DNA of 64,000 nucleotides from an uncultured Clostridia bacterium (GTDB lineage: Bacteria > Bacillota > Clostridia > Christensenellales > UBA1242): assembly GCA_937992055.1 (NCBI GenBank), contig CALKLQ010000055.1, positions 362-64,361 of the forward strand, given 5' to 3'. Numbering within the stretch: the first letter of the stretch is position 1; the number at the start of each line of letters is the position of its first letter. Below are positions 22,201-37,200 of this stretch, piece after piece. The notes beneath the pieces were generated by a model. It made no database searches, was not told the origin of the DNA, and worked only from the letters and a program-made list of their open reading frames with translations. A program made the translations under genes and the position numbers.

Positions 22201-25200
22201 CACCGGCACCGCCGCCACCTCCAGCACCTGCTGGAGCTATTTCGTAGTCAAAAGCACTCATTTTAAAATCAGCAAAACCACCACTGCCGCCAGCGCCGCC
22301 ATTTCCGCCATTGCCACCACGTCCAGAAATGATAATTCCAAAATTACCTCCAGAAATGTCAAGGGTTTTATCTTCAGCTGTAATAAGTCCAACTACTCCA
22401 CCTATAACACTAGCATTTCCGCCATGACCTCCATTGCCGCCATCTGTGCCATCCTCAGCGTAAATTCCATTTTCTAAGTTTGCATCTTTTCCATGAGTAC
22501 CAGTTCCACCATCTCTACCATTGCCACCATCAGCACCTACAAAACTTCCAAAACTAAAACAATTAATTATGTTTCCTGTGGTTTTGCCAGCAATTCCTGC
22601 AAGATAGTTTGCGGAAATACCATCTTGACCTAATTCAATTCCGTTACGTCCTTTTGTTCCAAACAAAAGCATATTGTTAGTTGAATTAGATATTTGACCA
22701 TTATTTGTTTGAACCAAGCCGGTAACAAAATGCTTATCTGAATCACTTATGGCACCTTCAATTGTTTCGCCTTTAACTTTTGTTTTGTAGTTTCCAATTG
22801 CTCCAAAAGTAGTCACATTATTAATTTTTCCTTCATTTGTATTGCAAAGAGGTGAAGCATCTGATGAACCATAATTTAAATTGTGTATTTTAAGACCTTC
22901 TATCTCCCCATCAACACTTATTTCTTTTAATAAGGAAATTTGGTTTTGAGTTTCGAAACCTATTAATGAATCATTACCAAATAACAAACCTGCATAAATA
23001 TTCTCTGAATTGTCAAAGGTGTCAATACCTCCTAAAGAATAATAATTTTTGTCTAGTAAAATAGACTTATTTTCTTTAAGTGCAACTAATAATTGTTCCT
23101 CATTTTGAATTAGTAATGGATTGTCCTTGCTTCCATCTCCAATACTAGAAGCAATTGAATTTTCATTATCTGAAACAACAAAATCTTTGTAGCTATAATT
23201 TATTTTATTAGAAATTAAGTTATGCTCAACTTGAAGATAAGTAATTGCATCATCTGACAAATACTCTTTAAGCTTTTCTAAATCAATTTCAGAACTTCCG
23301 TCTCCAATAGAAGAATTTGCCTCTTCCTCATAAATAGCTGCGCCAGATTCACTAGTATTTTTCTTATATTCTAAAATGAAATCTTCCCTAACACCAAAAT
23401 CAACTGTCATATTTGCATTAACTAAACTTGTCCAAGAATTGAGTCTTTCATCATTGGATAAAATACCATTTACGGGAACTTTTTCAGTTATATCTTTTGT
23501 ATATCTAAAATATTTACTCTCTGCATAAACCTGACTTCGATTTTCGTTATTATACACATAATTATACATAAGAGTTGCATCTGATATGGACCATTGCTTA
23601 TAAGGTTGAATTTGGATATAAATAGGACCTGTTTTAGCGGGAACAATTTGTTGGTTGTAAATTTCAACTTTTACAATTTTTTGCCCATCAGTAGATTCAA
23701 CACTACCATTATTGTAACAATTTTCAATATTAAAATTGTTCGCAATAGCGTTTGAAATACCAAAATTATCGGTTTTGGCAAAAGTTATTGCAAGTTTCCT
23801 TTGAAGTGAATCAATAGTTTGAATTGGTGTTGCTGCACCCTCATATGCAGAATTTATACTAACATTTTTTAAACTAGTATAACATTTTTCTGAACCAGCA
23901 CTCAAATCTAACCCAGTGTAATACAATACGTCCTCATCACTAACATAAATTTGTTTATTTTCAGAATATGTTTTTATTCCATTATTTAAATCTGATCCGC
24001 TATATTCTTCAACAATAGTATCAAAATCTTGAACTTTAGAAGTAACAAAACCAAAATTTGTACAATTATCAAAGTTAGACATTTTGCCCATATCCTCAAC
24101 TCGAGCAGTAATTCCAGCTGAATAAGCATTTGAAATACATTCTGAACCAGCTATAATAGTTCCTTGATTTTCACAATTAGAAACATGACAACCCTTTTGC
24201 AAGCCAAATAATCCACCAGCATAGCAAACTATGTTATTTTCTGCATCTTTATTATTACTTGTGGAAATAACAGAAGCACTACTTACTACATTTTCTACCT
24301 CTGAATTTAAGATTTCACCAGCAATTCCAGCTGCGTATGTTATTTTTGAACCTTCTACCTTAACATTAAAACCAAGATTTTTAACATTCCTCAAATATAC
24401 ATCGTTTAGCTTTCCAGCAAGAGCACCAACATAACAACTATTTGTTTCACTATTAACAATTAAATTTCCTTCGCTTATTATTAGATTTGAAACCTTAGAA
24501 TTTGTAATAGACTCAAATATTCCATAATACTCATCATTTATTTTAAATGAATTAGAATTTGAACCTATCTTAATTCCAGAAATAAACTGATTATTTCCGT
24601 CTAAATTTATTCTTGTGACCTCTTTTATAGCTTCAAAGTTAGAATTATCATATTCTTTAAAGTCTGAATCATTAACTAATCCCATAGCATCTGTAACTTT
24701 TATATTGTTAATCAAAACGATATTTTTGCAATTATCTAACCCATTCAAACTTTGCATTGTGGATGTGCTCGCAAGTCTAAATATTCCAATATTTCCCACT
24801 AAAATTTGATTTTGATTATTAAAACCTTCAATTTTTAAGTAGTTATAATCATCAGAAGCATAACTATTTCCAAAACTTGGATATCCATAGTTCGTAAGAC
24901 CATTGAATACAAAATTATCACTTATATAGCTTGCATAATTAATTTTGTTAGAGCTATTTTTAAACAAGTCAAGATTCATCAAATAATTTTTTGAAAGCAG
25001 TATTGAACATTCTTCAAAACCTTTGTTCATTTGTGAAGTTATAAGTCTAATAGCATTTGTATTATCTGAAACACCAGTTGCATAAACATCATAAAAACAT
25101 GTTTTATCCGCTCCAGCACCAAAAACAAAGCCATTATTGATTACATTATTTTCTTCTACATAATTTCCAGAGTTACTTACTTGAGCAACAGAAAAACAAG

Positions 25201-28200
25201 ATCTAACATTTCCAAGAGGCAGTTCGTCTTCTCCAACCCTTTTAACGGCATCTTTATTAAATGCATATACACTTCCATTTGGAGAATTAATCACACCACT
25301 AGAATAACTATTTGCAATATATCCATGATTAACTGCAACAAATCCTGAAGTTATACATTCATTAACAATAACAATTCCATCTTTTTCAGTTGTAACGGTT
25401 TTTGCAATATTTACTAATTCTACTTCTGTGAGTGAATCACTAATTAAACCAGTGTTAATTCCTACAAGTCCGCCAAAAAACCTTGAATTTGCATATATTT
25501 TTGCTCTTGAGTCATATTTTTCATCTGTTCCATTAGCCTGTTCTTGTGGTTGTCCCTTAATTGCACAAGCAAAAACAATACCATTATTAACCGCAGAAAG
25601 AGGTGCGTATATCTTTTCATACTCGGCAATAATGACCTCATTTTCGTCCCTTACAATATATTTTTTACTTCCTTCTCCAACATCTACTCCATCATAGGTA
25701 TCTGGCATATAAATTTGAGAAGAAACAAGTATTGAAATTCCTGAAACAAAACTATTTTGTGGTATTTCATCAAAAATTCTTCCATTTTGATTATCAATAG
25801 AGATTGTGAATCCATCACCTACTAAAGCGAAATTTTTACTTTCAACATTGCCATAATTATTAAGATTAAAACTTTCACCACTAAATGAAATATCTTTTGT
25901 TAATCTAAAGAAAATTTTACCACCTGAAGAAATTGTATTGTCTTCTTTAGATTCAGTAAAGCTATTCCATGAATTACCAATCTCAACTGGTCTAAGTTTG
26001 TGCCCAAAGTCACTACAAGAATCATCTAGTTCAATGTTAATAAGGTTATCTATTCCATAAATTTTTTCTAAAACACTTGAATATTTCAAGTTTGTAGAGA
26101 GCACTATCTCTTGATTAAATTCATTTAAATTCGAATCGGTACTAAGCGTCACTTGAGAGCAATAATAATTTCCAAATGATTCTTTGCCATAGGCACCATT
26201 TCCCACTAGAGCTCTAACATGATTTTTGGTCACATCTGGTAATTTTGTCTGTTCAATTGTTGTTAAAACAATGTTATTAATAAGGTTTGCATTACTGCTT
26301 CCTAATCCAACAACCCCACCAGCAAATATTTCTACTCCCAATAGTGAATCTACCTGCTGAGTAATATTTCCATATAATATATTATTGTTTATAGAAACAC
26401 CTTTTCCTGAAACAATGTTAGAAACACCTACATATCCTTTGCAATATCCTATAATTCCACCAAGTTTGTATTCTTGATCTGTGTAAGTTTTATAAGTCAA
26501 ATCATTTGCAAAATAACTTTCGCTTATTTCAATAGAATTTTGATCTGTATTGTCTGAACCCGCTATAGCCCCACCAAAACTAAGTTTGCCTTTAAATTTT
26601 GTCACATCAAATTTAGAAAATGAATAACAATTTTTTATGATTGATTTTGTTTCTACCTGATTTTCAATATAATCAAATAATCCTACTAAACCACCAAAAT
26701 TACCTTGTGAAGCGTTGTCTGATGATATATTAAAATCAAAACTTTTCATAAAAATAAGGTTATTTAAATTCAAATTTTTTCTAGCGCATCCCACAACGCC
26801 ACCCAAATTTATGTCTTTTTTGGTTGAAATATTGCCTTGTTTATACGCTGAAACCTTTATTTTTGATGCTGTAACACTGCCTTCAGAAAGTGCCACAATA
26901 CCGCCCAAATTGCAATTTCCAGTTGAATTTGAATCTGAATATTCAATACAATTTGATATTTCAAAATGATTATTGCTATTTTCATTATTTTTAATAGAAA
27001 TTGAGTTTTTGATTAAACCAACCAATCCTCCCAGATTGCTATTTTCAAATGAACCCAAAACGACTAAATTACTCTTTCCTATTGCGGTAAAACCATTGAT
27101 ATTAAAAGTTGACATGGATAACTTTCCTGCAATACTTCCAATATTTATATTTTGTTTAGGGTTTTCATTTGTAGAGTTATTAGCAACAAATATTTTTGTT
27201 TCACCATTAATTATAGGTTTATTATCGCTTTGTTCATCTTGTAATTCATATTCAAATTTTACAATTCCACTTTCTGAACTTCCAACAATAAGACCGCTAT
27301 TTACCTCACTGTTTTCAAATTGAATGTTGGTTGGATTAACGTTAATTCCATAATCTTTATTTCGATTATTGATAACAATATTTTTAATATTAGTTGTCCT
27401 AGAACCACCAATTTTTGCAACAATAAGTGCGGAATTTAATGTTTTAGAATTTTTCAAACAACCTTGTGTAACCATATCTCTACCAAGATTATTATTAATA
27501 TCAATTGTGTCAAACAAGCTATTTTCCGCCTCACCAACTACAAGTGCAGCGTTATTGTTAACCGTATCTATGTAACAATTTTCAATAATTAAATTTTTAA
27601 ATACAACACCTTGAGCAGAGTTAACTAAAATAGCGGAAGCCGTTTCTGCATCATCTTGATTATTTACATGGCAATCAAGCATAATAAAGTCACTAAACAC
27701 AGCACCATTGGATGCATTGTTAATCATGGCATCGGAAATATTTAAATTTTTAAGGCCAAAAAGAGGTCTGCCATCTTGTGGATATAAAGGATTGGTTCTT
27801 TCTGGCATGTAACCTTTTAACACACCTCTAAAATTTTTAATATCGAGCTTTTCTATGTCACTACAATCAACATAAACCTTTTCACCCTTTTCTGATAGTC
27901 CCGTACCTATGATAATAAAAGTCTTGTCAGGATATTTTTCCATCAAATACAAATCACTTGAGGTGCGAATATAATATACCGAACTAGAAACAGTGAACAC
28001 AATTCTAGGAAGTAACCAGTTTGTGTTTCTTTCCCATTTTTCTAAATCCCAGTTATTATTCCTAAATGCAACATCAATGTAATTTCCATCTACTGATGGG
28101 TTGGTAATGCTATTGAACGACTCTAATTTACTACCTATTTTCTTTGATTCTTCACCAGTTTTAAGATAAATCGAACGATTTGGCTCATAAACCTTACCAT

Positions 28201-31200
28201 CTACCTTAAAATTGCTGATTACAAAGTTCAAGATTCTATTTCTATCATCACTAAAATTATCCTCAGTCAATGACATTAAAGCAACCTCTTTATCGTAGTT
28301 ATCCGCATTTACAAACTCGCCATTGTAAAATGTTGAAGCATAATAGTCATAGACATTTTTTAATGTATAAAAATCTCCATTATCAATTAAAGAATTATCA
28401 GAATATTCTCTATTAAAGAAATTTACCGCATTTGCACCGTTAATTATTATAGTTGATATTGAATTTTCTTCATTAATTGATTCACCAATATATTCAACAA
28501 AACCAAAAAGTCCTCCAGCAAGACCATCGTTTTTAGTTGAGTACACATCACCAAATGCATAAACTTGGTCAAAGTAATTTCTTCCCAAATTTTTAGGAGA
28601 GTTGTTTAAATAAACAAAATCACCTATTCCGCCAACTAAACCTCCAACAAATTTTGCGTTGGCATACACATTAGCTCTACTATAAGAATTAGATATATTT
28701 CCACTAAAGGTTTGTCCTATAAGTCCACCAACAAACAAAGGAGAATAGCTTTCCGTTGATGAAGCTACAAATAAATCTAAATAACCTTTATTGTCTGAAT
28801 ATTTATTGTAATACGAGGAAACGTTGTTTTCTATTAAATCTTGAATTTCCCTACTGTGTTCAATTTTAGATTGTGTTACATCTCCAAAATTTTCACCAAT
28901 AATTCCACCCGCAGCAAATTTATAAGCAATAATCTTTTGAGTAAAATCATTATTTGTACGTGAAATTTCAACAGATAAATCTCTACATGCGCTATTTAAT
29001 CCTAAATATCCAAGCACACCACCTGCGGTTCCACCTTTAATTTGGAAGGCTCCAGCAGTTTTTAATGATGCAATTTGAGAAAAGCTCATAATTCTGTCGG
29101 ATGAATAAACCGAGTCAGCAAAAAAATCTGTCGAATATATGTCCACAATTCCGGCAATTCCACCAACATAGCTAAGCGCACCATTATCAATCTGGGAGCT
29201 CTCTGCAAATCTTACATAAGGTTGACGTTCAATATTGTCATTATAGAAATCTGCAGTAACATGTAAATCTGAAACTGAAAGATTAATCAAAGATGAATTT
29301 CCTCTTGCAAAACCTACAATTCCACCCACAACATTTTGTCCTAAAATATTCCCTGACAAACCATAAACTGCGGAAAGTTTTACATTAACTATTTTACTAT
29401 CGCTAAGTATTCCAGCAACTGCACCAACATTTTGAATATTTCCAGCACTGATTCCTATTATTGTAATATTAGTGTTTTTAAAAATAGCATTATTTTCTAT
29501 TTTTGAGAATAAACCAAAACTAATTTGTTGTAAGTTTGCAGGAGCGACCAACTCTAGATTTTCAATATTTAAGTTATTGCCCTCAAAAGTTCCGCCGTAT
29601 AAAGTCATGTTTGATGATGAAAGTTTGCCATTTTCCTGCTCACCAGATATCTTGGAAAGGTCAATATCATCTATCAATCTATAATTTCCAAACACGGTGT
29701 TATTTGAAAGATTATAATATTCTTTTATTGCAGAAGAATTGCTATTTCCAAAAACTTCATTAAACTCATCTGCGCTCTTGATTAATATTGGATTTTTTGA
29801 AGAACCATATTCATAGCCTTCTTCATAAACAAATGTAAAATCACTGCCATCATCGTTTGAAACGATATATCTTGAAGATACGGCAATTTCATTGGCTGAT
29901 ATAAGTTCTGGACCTCTAGAAGAAGTCATGGTCCAAACACCATCTTGTGAATTCACAGAAGCGAAAGAAAAACCATAAAAAATGTCTGAGGAAACAAGTG
30001 TTTCTACTCTTAAAACACCTGAAGAATAGGTTTGTTCCATATCTGACGCTGATGAATCTGAAGATTTTGGATTATAATAGTAGCTATTTGTAATGTTACC
30101 TGTGTTCAATAGGTTTCCATAATCATCTACACCACTAAAATCCATTTGTGTTGTCTTACTATTTTCAATTAATGAAGATGAATAACATTGCTCAATATTT
30201 CCGCTATTTACATATACAAATCCAGCACTATTTCTTCCACTTGTGTTAGAAACATCTCTAAGCATAATATTGCTATAACAATTAGAAATGTTTGAATTAT
30301 TGTTAAAAGCAAAACCTGCTCCTATACTATTGGTCGAAATTGCGGTTCCTGTGGCTTTAAGTTCTTGATAATCAGAATAAGCTCCTTTTGCATAAGAAAG
30401 TGAAATGTCACCGCTTGTGTTATATCCTACAAAGCCCGCAGAAATAGTATCCAACCCAGCAGTTGAATTGTTTTTTATGTCAATTTTGTTAGCGAAAGAA
30501 CTTGAAATTTTGCCATTATTTGTATACACAAAACCAGCAATATTGCCTTGAGCACTCAATGTAAAATTGTCAAGTTCGTGAACGCCTTGTGAAAGTGCAC
30601 TAATCGAAGTTGCACGTGCAACCTCAAATTCTTCGCCACCCACTCTGCTGTTTGTAATAACTCCATTATTGTTTAAAACAAATCCAGCAAGAGTACTATT
30701 TATTCCACTTCCTATTTGACCAATATTATAATTCAAGTTCAAACCTATATCGCCAGAAGGTCTAGGAAGGTTTGAATTTGTTTCTATCGCAAGAACATGG
30801 CAATTGGTTATTATTCCTGTATTTGAAAGAGCAAAACCAGCAAGTTCTATAGTTTTGAAAATTGAGGTGTCTATAACCAAATTATTCAAGTGATAATAAT
30901 TTACCGTTACGTTTTTAAGTGTAGTATTAGAAGTTACAGTCGAAAACAATGCTAGTTGAATAGAGGAGCTCTCTCTTTGAGCCATATCAAAACTTCTAAT
31001 GGTAATAACTCTATTATTACCATCAAAGCTATTGATTTTAGTGGTATCAAAAGGTGTATGCAAGGTGAGCTCCAAATCATTCATCAAGATATAATCTTGG
31101 GCTTGGGTTTCATTTGCAATTGCATAGAAATCTTCTGCAGTGCTTATTTGCACTGGCTTATCTTCATCAGTATAAGTGCTAATTTTGATAATAAAATTAA

Positions 31201-34200
31201 AGGAAATTTCATGCTTAATGCCATCTGGTGTTAAGTATGCAAAGACAAATTTCATTGCTTGTTCACCAGTAGAAAATGCCTTAATTTTTAAAGTTGTACC
31301 AAAAATAGTTTCACTTGTTAATCCATCCCCAGAATAAATAAAGTTGAAGTGTGGGTTAGAAATTACATTTCCATCTTGACTTAAAACTTTAGTTGAAGAG
31401 CCATCAGAATTCACATAATATAAATTATTTAAAAAGTTTTTATATTTTACATTTTCATTATCATTTTCATGATAGTTTAATATATATTGCCTATCTGAAT
31501 TAGGAATTTCTTCCCTAAACAAGTAATTGTGATCATTGAAGGTTGAAACAAGTCTATTTAAAGAATCTATAGCCTCAAGAATACTATCATCTAAAATATT
31601 AGAATCATCCCATTTGGTTGTTTCAAACTTGAAATCTAAATTTTTTTCAATGCCAACATAAGCGTTTAGAACATCGGTATTGTTATCTAGTGTAATATTG
31701 TCCACTAAAAAGTCGACTACAACAACTTTGACACTAGAGGAAGCTTCAACCAAGTTCCCATCTATTACTTTAGAAACAATAGCTTTAACATAAAAGATAG
31801 GTTCTTGCATATTTAAAAATTTTGCATCTTCAGAAATATATAGTTTGCATGTATAGATTTTTACATTTCTGTCATTATCGATAGTTGATGTAATTTCACC
31901 TAAAGAAATTCCATAAAGTTCACCATATCCTTCAGCAAATGTAGTCAAACTAGAAATTTCTTGGTCTTTCTGAACTATTGCCTGCAAAGTTGCACTAGTT
32001 CCCTTTGCCATCACAATTTGTTCTTCATCATTTATAGTAAGCTTTGCCTCAGTTACCGGTCTGCTAACCACATTAAAAGTAGATTCTTTAATAATATCAC
32101 CAGAAGATTTAACAATTCTTGTTTTGAGGGTAAATAAAGTATCAACTTTGACAGTTGAAGGAATTGTCATCAAAACAAAATAGGTTCCAATATTATCAGT
32201 TCCAAAATTTTGTTTTAAAATTCTTATCCCGTTTTCTATTCTTACAAAACCAGTGTTTTCTCTCAAATATCCCTGGTTGTTTTCTTTTAAAAGTTGTAAA
32301 AATATTTTGTTTGAATCTACAGAATTGCTTGTAATTTCTACATATTCAAAGCTAGCTTGATGTGGATAAACATTAATCTTTAACAAGCTACTTTGACCAG
32401 GAGAAATAACATTATTAGGCTCATTAGTAAAAATGTAACCGCTTTCTTTTTCCCAGTTTACATAAGCATGACTAGAAAATGTCAATTTTTCTATAATCAA
32501 CGAATCTATTACAACTTTAACATCATCACAAACCTCGTTTACGCTTTTTGCACTCACATTTATTTTAAGTTCCAAACTACCAAAGTCAAGAGAATAAAAG
32601 TCTTGAAGCATTATAAGTCTTGTTTTAAATGTAATTTTAAAATAATCGAAGTTTTCTAATTCATCGTAATTCTTTTCAGTCCAAACTCCATCTTCCAAAA
32701 CCTCATAACTTTTAATTACAGAAGAGATTTTCCCATTTTCACCTTCAAACATTGCATTGTAAGGGGTGTCATAATCTAGCATGGTTGAACCATTTTTATC
32801 AGATATTAAAATATCAATATTATCATTTTTATCATCTGTATATAGCACACTTTCAAAAATTATTTCATCTTTTGGCAGGAAATGAGAAAAGTCATGATAA
32901 TTTATTTCAATAGAATCAGCACCCAAAAAGGTTGAAACAACAAAATAATGTGCAAATTTCTGTCTTAACAGTCCATTAACATAAGAATTTTCATTTTCCA
33001 AAACAAGATTAACATCAAATCTAACTGATTTTTCTTCAAAATTTGTAGTATCTATTACATGTTGATTGCCATTTGAAATTACAAAATTTTTAACAGAATC
33101 TTCAAAAACCACTTTTTGATTTTGATTTGTTTTTAATTTAATTACCTTTCCTAAAGCTATTCTTTGCTCATCAATGGATGATAAAACATTATCTGTTGAA
33201 TTCTTTTTAATTTTAATTGCAGAATTATCATTTAAAACTTCACCATTATAAAGTATCTCAAAATTTGATATGTTATATATTATTTTTAAAGCATATTCTG
33301 TTTGTAAACTAAAATCGTATTTTGAGAAGATAGAAACTTTAACTTCTCCACATTTTTCTAATATTATAGAATTATTAGTTATAGCTAACGCTTTTCCATC
33401 TCCATCAGTTACAACCACTCTTAATCCATTAATATTTTCTTTTCCAAATAATTTAGAAAAAGATATCGTATTCCAACTTCTAATAACACTATCCTCACTT
33501 GAAGTTGTCGTAATATCGCTTTCTTTTTCATAAAACATTAGAACAGCAAATTTATTTTCCTCATCCACCAAAACTTGGTTAGAATTTACAATCTTCAAAG
33601 AGTCAATTTTTTCAGCTTCATTTTGTAAAATTGTTGAAAGATAAGGATAACCCTCATTTTTATTTGCACTCGCCTTCCAAACCGAATTAGAACCAAATGA
33701 CAGTTTCCCATTATAATAACTTGCAAAATCATTTTGGAAAATATTTTTTCCATCTTTAAAATATTTTCCTGAACCATTTATGAATTTATAATATTGATTA
33801 TCATCATCAACTTCAAATAAGTAACAATCTTTAATATCTTGGCTAGAAATTTCACCATCATTTTTCCACTGTTCATCGGTTAAATTCGCTGAATTTGTTT
33901 TTGCAAAGCAATTAAAGATTCTCCCACTATTTTCTCCAGCTAATGCGGAAATAGTTACACCAATTAAACAATCTAGATCATGATAATTATAGCAATATGA
34001 ATTTGAAAGAACGGCATTAATAGCATTTTTACCTACCAAACCACCAACAATTGTGCCATTTAAAGATGCAACTGAATCATAAAATCTATAAAATTCTACC
34101 TGACATAGATTAATTTCTCCAAAATTTTCACCAGCGATACCACCAACAATACCATTGGAATTAATTTGCCCATAAAAACTACTTGATATGATTTGTCCAT

Positions 34201-37200
34201 AATTTTGAGCCACAATTCCACCTGAAATAGAAGAATTGTCAGTTAATGTGCTTGGCTTAAATTCATTATCTTGTAAATATGTATCGATGACAACATTTTT
34301 AATTGTTCCATAATTAATATTAGCAACAAAACCACGACCAGAAACCTCACCTAATATAATCAAATCTTGCACAATAGCACTTGAGTTTAGCGTGTTAAAA
34401 ATGGTTTTAGTAGTTGTAATAGTTTTTGGCGACTGCCCTTCCAAACAACCATAAAGTCCACCACTAAAATTTTCAATTTTCCAGCCATTTGATATTGTTA
34501 CATCTTGCATCAAAGTATAATGAAGAGAGGTGTCTTTTATTTCATTTAAATCATTTATTCTAATTGAGGTTGTTCTAGATTTTCCATCTGCAACAATAAT
34601 TCTAATTTTTTTAGCCACATCTAAGTTGTCATTCAAAATAGGCTGACCTTTTTCATCAGTTGTGTAAGCATCTTGTGGGGCAACAATCACATATCCAGAA
34701 CCACCATTTTTTGCCCTGATTAATCCAGTATTTGCGTCTACAGAAATAAAGTCTGAAGAAGTTGAAAGGTCTGGAACTATACTAAAAACTAAATTTTTAT
34801 TAAAAGCAGATAAATTTTCAACACTTGCATCAATCTTGAATGACGAATTTTTATTAAGTTCAAGATAAATACCTTCTTCTTCATCAACATTATTTAATCT
34901 AATGCCATTTACCCTTTCAGCATTTCTTGAAAGCACTCTAACAACAACATTTTTTTCCAATCCAAATTCATTAGCTTTAAAGATAAAATAACCGTCGTTA
35001 CTATAATCACCTTTTTCATTTGTCAAAGTATTGGCAACAACAGAAAGGATACCAGTTTGTTCATCAAAGTTCCAAGAAAAATAATCTCCATTATTTCCAA
35101 GCCCGCTAGTGCTGCATACAATTTTGTTATACGTTGCCGGCAATTTATTTTCATTTACAAGAATTTTAACAGAGGTTTTTGACAAATTTTGGTTGAAGTA
35201 ACCAACCGAATCAAGAGCAAACAAATCAATAGTTGAAACAGATGAAGTAAAAGAAACTATAGGATTATAAATTTCCACAAAGAAATATTTGGTAACAAAT
35301 TTGTCGTTTACAAAAGTATAACTATATTCATCATCTTCCCTGACAAGTTCGCTTCCCTTGAGCACCACTTCAACCCATATCTTTCCTTCCTCCACTCCAG
35401 AAAGTTGGGAAAAGATTTGTAAGTTATTTAAATTTAAAAGATTTGTGAGTTCACTAAAATTACCAGTTGGAATTTGATTGTCAAAAGTTTCATATTCTAA
35501 ATCATCACTCTTCTTCTCCATAAATTTATATGAAACTTCAAAGCTTGCGCCTTTAGCATCAAAACTTATATTTGAAGAGTTTCCATTAGTAATTGCAAGG
35601 GCAAACTCTGAACCCAAAACATTGTCATATTTCAAATAGCCAATCGAATCATTATTTTGTGGTGTTTGAGTAATGATTGTCACATCATCAGAAAGAGGAA
35701 CAACAAGTTCTACAGGGGCAAATATTCTTCGACCATTTCCATATGAAATCTCAATTGAGCCCATCTGATTTTGTTTGGTTGCGTTTGATTTTAAATCAAC
35801 TTTAAAAATTTGTCCAATCACTTTGTTTTCAGAATCTAGCACTTCTGAAACTTGAATGACATCACCAAAAGAAACACCTTCACCCTTAACAATAAAATTC
35901 TCTTTCTTTACATTTGCAGGCTCAACATAAAAGAAAATAGTTTCTGTTGTTTGTTTTGAATTATCAAGATAAAAATGTGGCTCATCTATCTGAACATTAT
36001 CTCCAGCATAAAACTTAAGAGAATTTGCACCTTCGTACAAATTTAACATTAGTGTGCATTCAATCACATTTTCAGTTCCTGAATAAAAGTCGGCAGAAAA
36101 GGATGATGTAATTAAAAGTTCAACCTTTTCATTTGAAGATTTTTTAGCTCTTACATAGAAACCATTGTCACCCTCAATTATGTAGTGGTTGTTCTCATCT
36201 TTTTCCAACCTATTTCCATGATTGTCAAAAAGTTCTATTTTATCAAGATTTTCAGATGTTCCACTTAAATAAAGTGTTTTATATTTTTCCAACACAGTTG
36301 TTGGAAGTGTTTGCAATTCAACATACCTTCCATAAGCATTTACATAGTTTGTATAAACGTCCATCTCAACCACGCCTTTGTTTGAAATAGTTTGTCCATC
36401 AACAACTATGCTTTTTACTATGTCATAAGAAAAAATTTGTGTCTTAAATTCCTGTGTGGAATATAGATAATTATAACCATCATATTTCAAATCAAAATAC
36501 AAATAGCAATCATCTCCAACCCTTGTTCCAGAAGTAATCAACACATCTAGTTTTATAGTATTGGCAGTTTTTGTGTAAGTTTTTTTAACAATAGTTGCAA
36601 GAGTGTCATTTGTCAGCCTTGGTTCTATTATTATTTCTTTGTCCGCATATGTAAGCTCTAAACTTACTAAAGCTTGTGCAAATCCCTCATCATTGTGAGC
36701 AAGATAGATTGATTCGCCGCTTTTTAAATCTATGGCATCTTGTGTTTGTTGATAAGAAAGTTTAAAATCATCACTTGTAAAATCAAACTTGGTCAAAACA
36801 TCAAAATCAAGATTTAATGGAGCAATCTCTCTATTTGTGGAAGTGACAACAATGGATATAGTTTTTAAACTTTGTGGGATATCTTCATCAATTTCTAAAT
36901 AATAATTATCATTTTCTTTTAAAAGCGCTATTCCATCTTGAGAATTCAATAAATTTAATTCAACATCTTTTTGTTTTGTATTTGAAGGATTAAAATTGAC
37001 ATATTTAGAAACATCAATTAAATTTTTTTCACCCTTAATAACATAGGGTTGAACTGCAAGTTTTTGTGTAAGACTCGTAACGGGTTGAACAACATCAACA
37101 TGTATCTTTGTGGAAATATTATTTTCAAGAGTTTGAACTTTTACATCTAAAGAGCATTGAACCAAGCCCTTAATTTTAACTTCTGTTTTTCCATCACCCA

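Noticed and set aside
9840-33777. Short ORFs inside the two giant genes, mostly on the plus strand plus a few minus-strand ones in other frames (for example 10636..10836, 33595..33777)
   Set aside because: They are antisense or alternate-frame artefacts of very long AT-rich coding regions. Their translations are low complexity.
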